From Terriglobia bacterium (lineage in GTDB: Bacteria > Acidobacteriota > Terriglobia > 20CM-2-55-15), in assembly GCA_965218585.1 (NCBI GenBank), contig CBDCLE010000015.1, positions 1-64,000 of the forward strand: DNA of 64,000 nucleotides. Reading direction: 5' to 3'. A program made the translations under genes and the position numbers. This document shows, one piece after another, positions 55,214-64,000 of the stretch. The notes beneath the pieces are model-generated. The model had not been told where the DNA came from. It saw nothing but the letters and a program-made list of their open reading frames with translations, and did no database searches. Within the stretch, counting starts at the first letter, position 1. Each line of letters begins with the position of its first letter.

Positions 55214-55287
55214 TTTATTCAGTACAATTTGGGTACATTCGACATGCGTTTTAAGTCACGTTGCTTCAACTTGATAGGTGCCTATCT

Positions 55288-57825
55288 ATGAAACCGAGAT
55301 TGTTCGCGGCCTGTTTCCTTGCACTCATCGCTCTCCCGTTGACCCTATCGGCGGCTCAGATTCCTGAAGATCGTGGCTTGTCCGGGCTCAAACAGGCGCT
55401 GGATCGTCTGGATGTCATATCCAGCGTCCTCCACACAGGTGCGCATCCTGACGATGAAAACAGTTCATTGCTTGCATGGCTTTCAAGAGGTCGGGGCGCC
55501 CGAACAGGGTATCTTTCGACGACGCGTGGCGAAGGTGGGCAGAATCTCATTGGAACCGAACTTTTCGACGCTCTGGGTGTGATCCGAACCGAAGAGCTGC
55601 TTGCGGCGCGCGAATTCGATCGCGCCGAACAGTTCTTTACCCCTAATTACGAGTTCGGTTTTTCGAAGACCGCGGACGAAACGCTCGAGAAATGGGGCGA
55701 GGACCGACTCGTGGGTGACTTCGTTCGCGTCATTCGGCAGTTCCGGCCCGAGGTGCTCATCTCGCGTTTCACGGGAACTCCAGCCGATGGCCACGGACAC
55801 CATCAGGCCGCGGGTATTGCGACCATGGAAGCCTTTCATGCGGCAGCCAACCCGGAACTGTATCCGGAGTACGGACCGCCCTGGCAGGCCAAGAAACTCT
55901 ACATCAATCGTGGTGGCCGCGGTGGAGGTACAGGGGGCGATGTTCGAATCAATGTCGGCGAGTACGGTGCTGCGCTGGGACGCTCCTATCACGAAATAGC
56001 GATGGAAGGCCGGAGTCTCCATCGGACGCAATCGATGGGGGCGGCCCGTGACCGTGGGCCTCGGTTCACGAGCCTCGATCTGGTCGAGCAGATGATCGAT
56101 GGTGACGCCGGAGATTCCCTTTTTGAGGGCACGACCCAAACATTGCTCGACCTTGCGGATCTGGATCCGTCGTTGCGGTCCGGGCTGGAAGATCTTCAGA
56201 CACGCATCAATACGATTCGAGGAAAGGTGACTCTCGATGACCCATCGGCGATTCTGTCCGACCTCGTTGCGGCGATCGGGGGCCTCCGGAACATCCGGCA
56301 GGAGTCGGGGGTCGAACACGTCCGTTTCCTTCTCGACATCAAGAAGCGGGATTTTCATGAAGCTGCGCAGTTAGCGGCCGGAGTTAGCGTGGAGTTGCGG
56401 GCGTCGGACGATGCCGTCATTCCCGGACAGGAACTGGAGCTGATCCTTGCTGTCGTCAACAACGGCCCCTTCGATTTTTCGGCCGTGCGGACAGCGATCG
56501 ACTTTCCCCAGGGATGGGAGACGGACTTTACACCTGGCCCCGTCCGAGTCGGCTCGGGTGAACGTGTGGACCAGAACATCACGGTTACGGTCGGCGGCGA
56601 GACTGAATTTACCCAACCCTACTGGCTGAAGGAATCGCGCGAAGACGACCGCTTCGTATGGCCGGAAGGGGACCACTCCACCCGGCCCTTCGAAATGCCC
56701 CTGATGTTAGCCCGGACCCAGATCGACTTCGCCGGCGGGTCCTTCGTCATTCCAGGCCACGCGGAGTATCGCTACGTGGATGATGTGCTGGGTGAGCGGA
56801 GAAGTCTGGTCAACGTGGTCCCGGAGGTTTCCGTCCAGCTGACTCCTCGAGGCGCGGTGGTCCCTGTCTCCGGAGCCCGTGAAAAGGAGTTCATCGTGAC
56901 GCTTCACAGCCAGGCACCCTCGGGAGGAACGGCCCTGGTCCGCCTGAACACTCCTGGAGGCTGGAGCGTAACGCCGTCTTCGGAGACGGTTCGATTCAAC
57001 CGGCCCGGCGAGACCGTTGCCGTAGGGTTCATCGTAAACGTCCCGGCCGAGGCCGGTGAATTCGAAGTCACGGCCTCAGTTGAAATGGGGGGCCGTTCCT
57101 TCGATCGGGGTTACAGCGTAATCGCTTATCCGCATATCGAAACGCGGCGTATCTACGCAGATGCCCGGTCTTCCGTGAATGTTTTCCCGCTCGAAACCCT
57201 GGCCGAGAACGTGGGTTATGTTGAAGGAGCAGGTGACCGCGTGGGGGACTCTCTCCGTCAGTTGGGTATTCCCGTTACGTTTCTGACCCTCGACGATCTT
57301 TCGCGTGGCGATCTTTCCGTCTACGACACGATCGTTCTGGGCATCCGGGCCTACGCTGTGCGGGAGGACCTCCGGGCATACAACGAGCGCTTGCTCGATT
57401 ACGTGGAGGCCGGCGGCACCGTCATCGTCCAGTACAACACCTACCAGACGCTCGAAGATGGCTATGCGCCGTATCCATTTTCTGTCTCGAGGCCCCATGA
57501 CCGCGTGACGGTCGAAGACGCGCCCGTGACCTTTGTCGATCCGGACCACCCGTTGCTGAATTTTCCCAATGGGATCACCGAGGCGGATTTCGAAGGGTGG
57601 GTGCAGGAGCGGGGACTTTACTTTATGGGTGATTGGGACCCGCGTTACACGCCGATCCTTTCGTCCAACGATCCTGGTGAGGATCCCAAGAACGGTGGCA
57701 TGGTGGTTGCCGAAATCGGTAGTGGCCGGTGGGTCTATACGGGCTACGCGTTTTTCCGACAGCTCCCGGCGGGTGTTCCCGGAGCGTTCAGGCTGTTTTC
57801 GAACATGATCAGCCTGGGGAATTAG
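55288..57825 (+). CDS. PIG-L/LmbE-family deacetylase, secreted multidomain
   Basis: AHPDDE, TRGEGGQN, HGHH; Ig-like repeats; C-terminal FFRQLPAGVPGA. Confidence 0.92.
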   Translation: MKPRLFAACFLALIALPLTLSAAQIPEDRGLSGLKQALDRLDVISSVLHTGAHPDDENSSLLAWLSRGRGARTGYLSTTRGEGGQNLIGTELFDALGVIRTEELLAAREFDRAEQFFTPNYEFGFSKTADETLEKWGEDRLVGDFVRVIRQFRPEVLISRFTGTPADGHGHHQAAGIATMEAFHAAANPELYPEYGPPWQAKKLYINRGGRGGGTGGDVRINVGEYGAALGRSYHEIAMEGRSLHRTQSMGAARDRGPRFTSLDLVEQMIDGDAGDSLFEGTTQTLLDLADLDPSLRSGLEDLQTRINTIRGKVTLDDPSAILSDLVAAIGGLRNIRQESGVEHVRFLLDIKKRDFHEAAQLAAGVSVELRASDDAVIPGQELELILAVVNNGPFDFSAVRTAIDFPQGWETDFTPGPVRVGSGERVDQNITVTVGGETEFTQPYWLKESREDDRFVWPEGDHSTRPFEMPLMLARTQIDFAGGSFVIPGHAEYRYVDDVLGERRSLVNVVPEVSVQLTPRGAVVPVSGAREKEFIVTLHSQAPSGGTALVRLNTPGGWSVTPSSETVRFNRPGETVAVGFIVNVPAEAGEFEVTASVEMGGRSFDRGYSVIAYPHIETRRIYADARSSVNVFPLETLAENVGYVEGAGDRVGDSLRQLGIPVTFLTLDDLSRGDLSVYDTIVLGIRAYAVREDLRAYNERLLDYVEAGGTVIVQYNTYQTLEDGYAPYPFSVSRPHDRVTVEDAPVTFVDPDHPLLNFPNGITEADFEGWVQERGLYFMGDWDPRYTPILSSNDPGEDPKNGGMVVAEIGSGRWVYTGYAFFRQLPAGVPGAFRLFSNMISLGN

Positions 57826-57860
57826 CCTGTCCCTCATGTCGAGGTGGTAAAATTACGAGT

Positions 57861-58604
57861 ATGAGACTCCGGATCGTTATGTTGACAGTCCTTGTGCTCG
57901 GTTCCATGAATTGGGCCGAGGCGCAGGTCTCCCGGATCAATCGCCTCGAGATCCTGGGAACCCTCATCGCCGACAATGCGGCGGCCCGCATCGCAATGCC
58001 GTTTGGCGGTGAAGGTGTGCTCCTGTCGGAAACCGGAGAGGTCGACGAGGACAGTCTCCTCGTCGAACTCCGGGAAGAGGGCCGTTCCATATCCGTGGGT
58101 CAGGTGGTGGCGATCACCGCGATCAATTTCGATGACGACAAGGTTGAAGTCGAACTCGATGGAAGTGGCGAGCGCCAAGGGGGCATCTTCGACTTAGACC
58201 GGCTTCAGATCGGGATCGGGGGCGTGGATCCCAGGGGCGCCCCACGAGAGGAAATCACCGGCTCCAAGATTGTGCTTCGTTTTGAGGACCAGGCCCCCGC
58301 CAGCCTGACTACCGACCAGTTGAAAGTACTTCTCGCGCCGGTTCTTGATTTTGAGAAACAGAACTTCATGGATGCCGGCATCGATTCCCTTCCGGAAGAA
58401 TTTCGGGAAGCGGTTGTTGCCAACGAGGCCAAGATCGGCATGGACCGGTCCACCGTCCTGATGGCGAAGGGGCGACCTGACGACAAGGTGTGGGAAACAG
58501 TCAATAGTGTAGAGCGCGAGGACTGGATCTACTACAAGAGAGGTCTGGGCGCCGACTTCATCACGTTTGAAGGCGACGTAGTCATCCGGATCGTTCGTTA
58601 TTGA
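57861..58604 (+). CDS. Secreted hypothetical protein with SmpA/OmlA-like C-terminus
   Basis: Signal peptide; IGMDRSTVLMAKGRP...EDWIY. Confidence 0.75.
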   Translation: MRLRIVMLTVLVLGSMNWAEAQVSRINRLEILGTLIADNAAARIAMPFGGEGVLLSETGEVDEDSLLVELREEGRSISVGQVVAITAINFDDDKVEVELDGSGERQGGIFDLDRLQIGIGGVDPRGAPREEITGSKIVLRFEDQAPASLTTDQLKVLLAPVLDFEKQNFMDAGIDSLPEEFREAVVANEAKIGMDRSTVLMAKGRPDDKVWETVNSVEREDWIYYKRGLGADFITFEGDVVIRIVRY

Positions 58605-58650
58605 CCTGTCCCCAGGGCGGTTCTGCCCATTTGAATCCTTCCCTAATTGA

Positions 58651-59781
58651 ATGAGCTTCGGTACATACGTCCATATTCCGTTTTGCGAACAGCTTTGCCA
58701 CTACTGTGCCTTTCCGGTTGTCGTGATGCCCGATTCGGCCCATTCGCCGTACGTGGGATATCTTCAGACTGAGATTAGCGGTGTCCAGCTTCCAGAGGTG
58801 ACCGACACCTTGTTTCTGGGGGGAGGCACGCCGTCGCTGCTTGCCCCACGTCTTGTGGAGAATCTCATGGCGATCCTGCCTCAGGGAGCGACGGAGATTT
58901 CGCTCGAAGCCAATCCGGGCACGATGAGTCCGGGCGCGATGAAAGCGTTTGGGGAACTCGGCATCAATCGGATCAGCCTGGGTGTCCAGTCCTTTGATTC
59001 GGACGATCTCAAGACAGCCGGACGTTTGCACCAACCTCTCGACTCGGTGCGCGACTTCGAGCAACTCCGCGAAGCGGGTTTCGAAAACATCAGCATCGAT
59101 CTGATTGCCGGACTCCCCGGCCAGGAACGCCGCGCATGGGAACAAAACCTGGAATGGGTGGAACGTCTCGGTCCGGATCATGTGTCGGTATATTTGCTGG
59201 AACTGGAAGACAGCACTCTGTGGGGCAGACATACGCCCCAGATGCCCACAGACGAAGAGTACGTCTGGTTTTATTCGACCATTGCAGATCGGTTGGTCCA
59301 AGCCGGCTACCATCACTATGAGATTTCAAGCTGGGCGGCACCCGGGAAAGAGTGCCGGCACAATCTCGGCTATTGGACCGGTGTGGAGTATCGAGGCTTG
59401 GGGCTCGGGGCGCACTCGTTCATGGACGGGAAGCGTTTTTGGAACACTCGGTCGATGGCTGAGTATCGAACCAGACTCGATCGGGGAGAGCTTCCCATCG
59501 ATCAGATCGAGGAACAAACAGCGCGCATCCGAATGGAGGAGGCGTTTATCCTCGGACTCCGTCGGCTGGAAGGTTTTGACGTGTCCGCCGTCGCCAAAGA
59601 TATCGGAATCGATTATCCTCAGGAGTGGTTTGATCGAATGGACGGTCTGATCGATGAAGGACTCGTCGAATTCGACGGCAAGATTCTCAAATTGAAACCG
59701 GCCGGTTGGCTGCTCGCCAACGGTGTTATCGAGGAACTCCTATGCCCAACGCTGTTATCGATCTGCGAAGCGATACCGTAA
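58651..59781 (+). CDS. hemW: Radical SAM heme chaperone HemW
   Basis: YVHIPFCEQLCHYCAF, GGGTPS, HYEISS, HNLGYW. Confidence 0.93.
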   Translation: MSFGTYVHIPFCEQLCHYCAFPVVVMPDSAHSPYVGYLQTEISGVQLPEVTDTLFLGGGTPSLLAPRLVENLMAILPQGATEISLEANPGTMSPGAMKAFGELGINRISLGVQSFDSDDLKTAGRLHQPLDSVRDFEQLREAGFENISIDLIAGLPGQERRAWEQNLEWVERLGPDHVSVYLLELEDSTLWGRHTPQMPTDEEYVWFYSTIADRLVQAGYHHYEISSWAAPGKECRHNLGYWTGVEYRGLGLGAHSFMDGKRFWNTRSMAEYRTRLDRGELPIDQIEEQTARIRMEEAFILGLRRLEGFDVSAVAKDIGIDYPQEWFDRMDGLIDEGLVEFDGKILKLKPAGWLLANGVIEELLCPTLLSICEAIP

Positions 59782-60788
59782 CCAAGCCTTCTGAGCGCAT
59801 GCGTCGTGCGATGGCCGAAGCCGAGGTCGGAGACGACGTATTTGGTGAAGATCCGACCGTCAATCGGTTGCAAGACATGGCTGCGGAACTCTTCGGCCGG
59901 GAGGCCGGACTGTTTGTCCCGTCCGGAAGTATGGGGAATCTGGTCAGCATCCGATCGCAGACCGAACCCGGACAGGAAGTCATCTGCGAAGGCCAGGGCC
60001 ATGTGTATAGCCATGAGATGGCGTCCATGTCGGCGGTGGCTGGTGTGCTCCCGAGGGTCATAATGGCCGAGGACGGGATACTCAGCTGGGCGCAGATCGA
60101 GCGAGAGATCAGTCCGGTCTCCTACTACAGCGCGGAAACAAGCATGGTTTCGCTCGAGAACTCGCACAACCTTGCGGGTGGTACCGTCTATCCGAAGGCC
60201 GTGTCGGATGAAATCTGCGATCGCGCCCACGAGCACGGGCTGAGGGTCCATCTCGATGGAGCCCGTATCTTCAACGCCGCGGTTGCACTCGAGGAGAATG
60301 TGGCCGACATCGCGCGACCCTTTGATTCTGTTCAGTTCTGTCTGAGCAAGGGGCTCGGCGCGCCGGTCGGTTCGCTTGTTGTTGGATCCAAAGAATTGAT
60401 TCACAAGTGCCGGCTCATCCGCAAGATGTTGGGCGGAGGGATGCGGCAGGCTGGGATACTCGCAGCGGCAGGCATCGTGGCGCTCGAAGAAGGCCCTCTT
60501 CGGCTGCACGAAGACCACGAGAACGCCCGGGCTCTGGCCGAAGGACTTTCCGGTGTGCCAGGGATCGAAATCGATACGGGGAAGATCCAGACCAATATCG
60601 TTATATTCGGGCTCGGCGAAACTGGATTCGATGCCGCCTCGTTCTTATCCGAACTCGAAAGTCGTGGCGTTCAGGCTGTTACGATCGACCGCAGAAGGGT
60701 CCGGATGGTCACGCATCTGGATGTCACACGCGAGCAGGTGGAACAGGCCGTCGAGGTCATCGATCAGCTCGTGAAAGTGCGGGTCTGA
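59742..60788 (+). CDS. ltaE: Low-specificity L-threonine aldolase
   Basis: [31 protein letters not shown]. Confidence 0.95.
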   Translation: MPNAVIDLRSDTVTKPSERMRRAMAEAEVGDDVFGEDPTVNRLQDMAAELFGREAGLFVPSGSMGNLVSIRSQTEPGQEVICEGQGHVYSHEMASMSAVAGVLPRVIMAEDGILSWAQIEREISPVSYYSAETSMVSLENSHNLAGGTVYPKAVSDEICDRAHEHGLRVHLDGARIFNAAVALEENVADIARPFDSVQFCLSKGLGAPVGSLVVGSKELIHKCRLIRKMLGGGMRQAGILAAAGIVALEEGPLRLHEDHENARALAEGLSGVPGIEIDTGKIQTNIVIFGLGETGFDAASFLSELESRGVQAVTIDRRRVRMVTHLDVTREQVEQAVEVIDQLVKVRV

Positions 60789-61864
60789 TGAAAAAGGTTC
60801 GGGTCGGCGTTGTTTTCGGTGGGCGATCCGGTGAGCACGAGGTTTCAATCCGGTCCGCCGAGGCCGTCTTGCGCGCCATCGATCGTTCAAGATACGACGT
60901 CATCCCGATCGGTATTACGAAAGAAGGGAAGTGGCTCCGCTCAGGGGAAGCCCTTTCCCTCATGCCGCCCGAAGAAGAGATTCAAAAGACCTTTCAATCC
61001 GGAACACCGGTCGTCATGGCTGCTGAACCCACGGCCGAACCCACCCTCGACGTCGTCTTTCCCATTTTGCACGGCCCCTTTGGAGAAGACGGGACTATAC
61101 AGGGGCTCCTGGAGCTGGCCGACGTGCCCTATGTGGGTGCAGGCGTTCTCGGCTCCGCCGTCGGTATGGACAAAGATGTCATGAAACGACTCTTGCGGGA
61201 CGCCGGCCTTCCCATAGCCGACTACTGGAAGTTGCTCGCAGTCGAAATCGACCAGTTCGTGAGCGAGCATGCCGCGAACCTTCCGTATCCCGTGTTCGTC
61301 AAACCGGCGAACTTGGGTTCTTCAGTCGGGATAACAATGGTGTCCTCCCAAGAAGGACTCCGCGAAGCGATCGTGGACGCTTCGGAATACGACAGGAAAA
61401 TTCTCGTTGAGCGCGGCATAGTAGGCCGCGAGATCGAGTTGGGTGTCTTGGGAAACGACGAGCCGGATGTTTCTGTGCCGGGTGAAGTGGCCCCAGCCGG
61501 AGATTTTTACGACTATCGTGCAAAGTATATTGACGATGACGCCGAACTGATCGTTCCGGCTGTGCTGGACGAAGCAGAAACAAAAGAAGCACAACGGCTG
61601 GCTCTGGAGACGTTCAAGGTGCTGGAGTGTTCGGGCATGGCACGCGTCGATCTGTTCCTGGAGAATGAAACGAATCAGTTCTTCGTCAACGAGATCAATA
61701 CGCTGCCCGGCTTTACGTCGATCAGTCAGTATCCCCGGGTCTGGGAAGCATCGGGAGTCTCATACCCTGAGTTGATCGATCGCCTGATCCAACTCGCCCT
61801 CGGGCGCCATTCCGACCGCTCCAAACTCCGCACGTCCTACAGAGATCTCCCTGCTTCTGAATAA
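60788..61864 (+). CDS. ddl: D-alanine--D-alanine ligase
   Basis: [32 protein letters not shown]. Confidence 0.97.
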   Translation: MKKVRVGVVFGGRSGEHEVSIRSAEAVLRAIDRSRYDVIPIGITKEGKWLRSGEALSLMPPEEEIQKTFQSGTPVVMAAEPTAEPTLDVVFPILHGPFGEDGTIQGLLELADVPYVGAGVLGSAVGMDKDVMKRLLRDAGLPIADYWKLLAVEIDQFVSEHAANLPYPVFVKPANLGSSVGITMVSSQEGLREAIVDASEYDRKILVERGIVGREIELGVLGNDEPDVSVPGEVAPAGDFYDYRAKYIDDDAELIVPAVLDEAETKEAQRLALETFKVLECSGMARVDLFLENETNQFFVNEINTLPGFTSISQYPRVWEASGVSYPELIDRLIQLALGRHSDRSKLRTSYRDLPASE

Positions 61865-61869
61865 TCTTC

Positions 61870-62027
61870 AACGCAGAGACGCTGGGGAAAACTATAGTGT
61901 CTGAAAAGATTTCCTGCGCCGCCGTGTAGTCTGCAACTGCATGTCTTGAACGTGCGCTCATAGAGAGCACCTTCAGGGGATCCAGAATCGAAAGAATGGA
62001 ACTCTGCGTTCTCCGCGCCTCAGCGTT
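61870..62027. repeat. Intergenic palindromic REP-like element
   Basis: aacgcagagacgctgggga ... ctctgcgttctccgcgcctcagcgtt. Confidence 0.65.
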
Positions 62028-62200
62028 ATTCCGGGCAAAAATAATGGGCTGCATATTCTGCGCCCGTGTTCAATTTTCGGTCTTTTGCGCCTTGTTTTGT
62101 TGTTTTTTAGTCGGTCGTCTTATGCGACCTTTTTATTTGGAGCTTTCTATTGATCCTTATTGTTCTTAGTTTTCCCTCCTTAAGGGAGAATGGACTACCA

Positions 62201-62266
62201 ACACTACCCATTGGGGTAGATTGATGCTCACAACCCTAGTATTGTGGTGAAATTTTTACGTGTCAA
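62201..62266 (-). promoter_or_regulatory. Promoter with tandem NrdR-like boxes
   Basis: acactacccattggggt (62201) and accctagtattgtggt (62233), 32 bp apart; TTGACA on the minus strand at 62261-62266. Confidence 0.6.
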
Positions 62267-62301
62267 GTGAAAACTGGCGCAGATTGTGCGCCGGTCTTGA
62301 G

Positions 62302-63285
62302 CTATGGGGTCTGGTAGTAGCCGAGTCTGTGAACGATGTCGTAGGGCTGGTCCGTGAGAACTTCGATCCTGCGGAACACGATTCGTCCCTCTGGCGGGGG
62401 GTTGGAAGAGATGTAGGTCAGAACGTACTGGTTGCGGGCCTGCTCCGTTATCTGGGAGAACATCAGCTCGAGCGAATCGGTTCCGACGTTGTAAACGTCG
62501 CCTCCGGTAAGCCTGGAGTAATCGTCCAGCGTGTTGAAAAGGCGTCCGAAAAGTCCGGTTTCCAACCCGATGGAATAGACCTGAATATCAGCGTCCATGA
62601 GAAAGAGGGCCGTGTCGTCCAGATTGCCCTCGCTGCCCGTGTCATTGCCGTCTGAGACCAGGACGATGATCTTGCGGCGGAAATCCTCTTCTTCCGGGCG
62701 GTCCCGGAGCGCAAAGCCCGCCTGATAGACTGCGTCATGGAGGATGCGCGTGTCTCGCCTCAGGGGGGTTCGAGCGGTGTTGATCGTGGGCAGCCCGTTG
62801 ATGACCGGACCGGGCTGCGCCGGTCGGCCGCCCACGAACTGAGGACCGGGTCGCATCAGTTTCAATTCGTCGAGAGCGTCTCTAAGGACATCGCGATCAT
62901 CGGTGAAATCCAGCATCTGCTCTACCTCATTGTTGTAGTGGTAGACGGCGACTTCGTCGAGCGGCCCAAAACCGAAAACGATTGAGGGAATGGCTTCCTG
63001 GATTGCGGTGAGGGAGTCTTCCTCCACTCCCGTGTCGATGAGGACGACTGCCGATAGCGGAATCGGTTCGATGCTGAATTGTTCTATCGTCTGTTCGACG
63101 TTGTCTTCGAGTACGGTGAAATCCTCCGCATCCATCCCTGCGATCAACTCGTTGTTCTCGCCTTTCACGGTAAACGGAACAACCACGAGATCGACCTGAG
63201 CCCGAATCTGAAACTCCTGAGCAAGGACAGGAGCAACAGCCAGCACCAGCGCGAGTCCGTTAGCGATCGTTTTCAAGCGGCGCAT
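62302..63285 (-). CDS. VWA domain protein
   Basis: Signal peptide, VDLVVVPFTV, SDGND, RLGYY. Confidence 0.88.
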   Translation of the reverse strand: MRRLKTIANGLALVLAVAPVLAQEFQIRAQVDLVVVPFTVKGENNELIAGMDAEDFTVLEDNVEQTIEQFSIEPIPLSAVVLIDTGVEEDSLTAIQEAIPSIVFGFGPLDEVAVYHYNNEVEQMLDFTDDRDVLRDALDELKLMRPGPQFVGGRPAQPGPVINGLPTINTARTPLRRDTRILHDAVYQAGFALRDRPEEEDFRRKIIVLVSDGNDTGSEGNLDDTALFLMDADIQVYSIGLETGLFGRLFNTLDDYSRLTGGDVYNVGTDSLELMFSQITEQARNQYVLTYISSNPPPEGRIVFRRIEVLTDQPYDIVHRLGYYQTP

Positions 63286-64000
63286 AGTAGCCCCTGCGGG
63301 CACGGACCCTGAGATCCCTGTCCCGTGGACGGATTCTGATTTCTCTGTACTCGCCATCCATTTCACCGTTCGTGGAGACGTAGCCCAGACTGTATTGGGT
63401 TCGAAGTTCTTCCGCTATCTGCGCGAAGATGTCTTCGAACTCATCGCCTCTGTCCAGCACGAAGACCGCGCCTCCGGTTTCTTCCGACAATTTTTCCAGC
63501 GTACCGATGTCGCCCGTACTCGGACGACCGCCTCCAAAGAATCCTCCCCGTCGCGGCAGCGAGTTCGAGATCGAGTAGATGACGGCATCGGCCTGGTGGG
63601 CCGCGATCAACGCTTCGTTTCTCTCGATGCGGCTCGTCGTGTCTTCACCGTCACTGACAAGGATGATCGCTTTCCGGCCGGCCTCTTCGCGGAGTCGATC
63701 TTCGCTGGCCAGATAGACCGCGTCAAACACCGAGGTTCCGCTGCCGATGTCGAGAGAATAAATGGCGTCGGCCAGAAGATCAGTACTTTCGGTGAAATCC
63801 TGTATCAACGTGACGGTCCTGTCGAACCCGATAATGAGAGAGAGATCCTGTTGACGGAGAATCGATTCGAGAAAGGAAACGGCTGTTCTCTGCTCCTCTT
63901 CAAAAACGGGACGGACGCTGGGGCTGGTGTCGATGAGCAGAGCCATCGTCAGGGGGAGTTCGTTCTCGCGTGCGAAATGAAGAATTTCCTGTCTTTCGCC
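63260..64000 (-). CDS. VWA domain protein (5' part outside the window)
   Basis: DTSPS, SDGED, EETGG, ARRGYY. Confidence 0.88.
   Translation of the reverse strand, partial: GERQEILHFARENELPLTMALLIDTSPSVRPVFEEEQRTAVSFLESILRQQDLSLIIGFDRTVTLIQDFTESTDLLADAIYSLDIGSGTSVFDAVYLASEDRLREEAGRKAIILVSDGEDTTSRIERNEALIAAHQADAVIYSISNSLPRRGGFFGGGRPSTGDIGTLEKLSEETGGAVFVLDRGDEFEDIFAQIAEELRTQYSLGYVSTNGEMDGEYREIRIRPRDRDLRVRARRGYYAPLENDR

Noticed and set aside
61722-62054. 110 aa ORF downstream of the NrdR-like promoter
   Set aside because: Runs through a palindromic repeat and antisense into ddl; no RBS

Overview
Bacterial chromosome segment of roughly 55-60% GC (estimated by eye). Acidobacteria-like by gene content (three VWFA-related Acidobacterial-type VWA proteins), which is inference only. 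Housekeeping blocks are lipA-nifU, ffs-dnaX-ybaB-recR, dnaK-dnaJ-hspR-sigma, groES-groEL, ligA and hemW-ltaE-ddl. A ~20 kb integrative island (6922-27064) sits in tRNA-Ser(GGA) and duplicates the tRNA's 5' half rather than its 3' end. It has a satellite-like core (tyrosine integrase, HTH/xis, AAA_25 Rep, iteron array) and defence-type cargo (Fic, HNH nuclease with an uncharacterised N-terminal domain, GIY-YIG-RAMA, metallophosphoesterase-STAND NTPase). There are many IS elements: an IS110/IS1111 with a candidate bridge RNA, IS256 x2 plus remnants, IS701, IS3, MITEs, and a 3.9 kb IS1595 element carrying tiny genes and a promoter-driven, switch-like structured RNA. An orphan promoter with tandem NrdR-like boxes and no CDS lies near 62.2 kb. 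All calls are by eye from motifs; no searches or folding were run.
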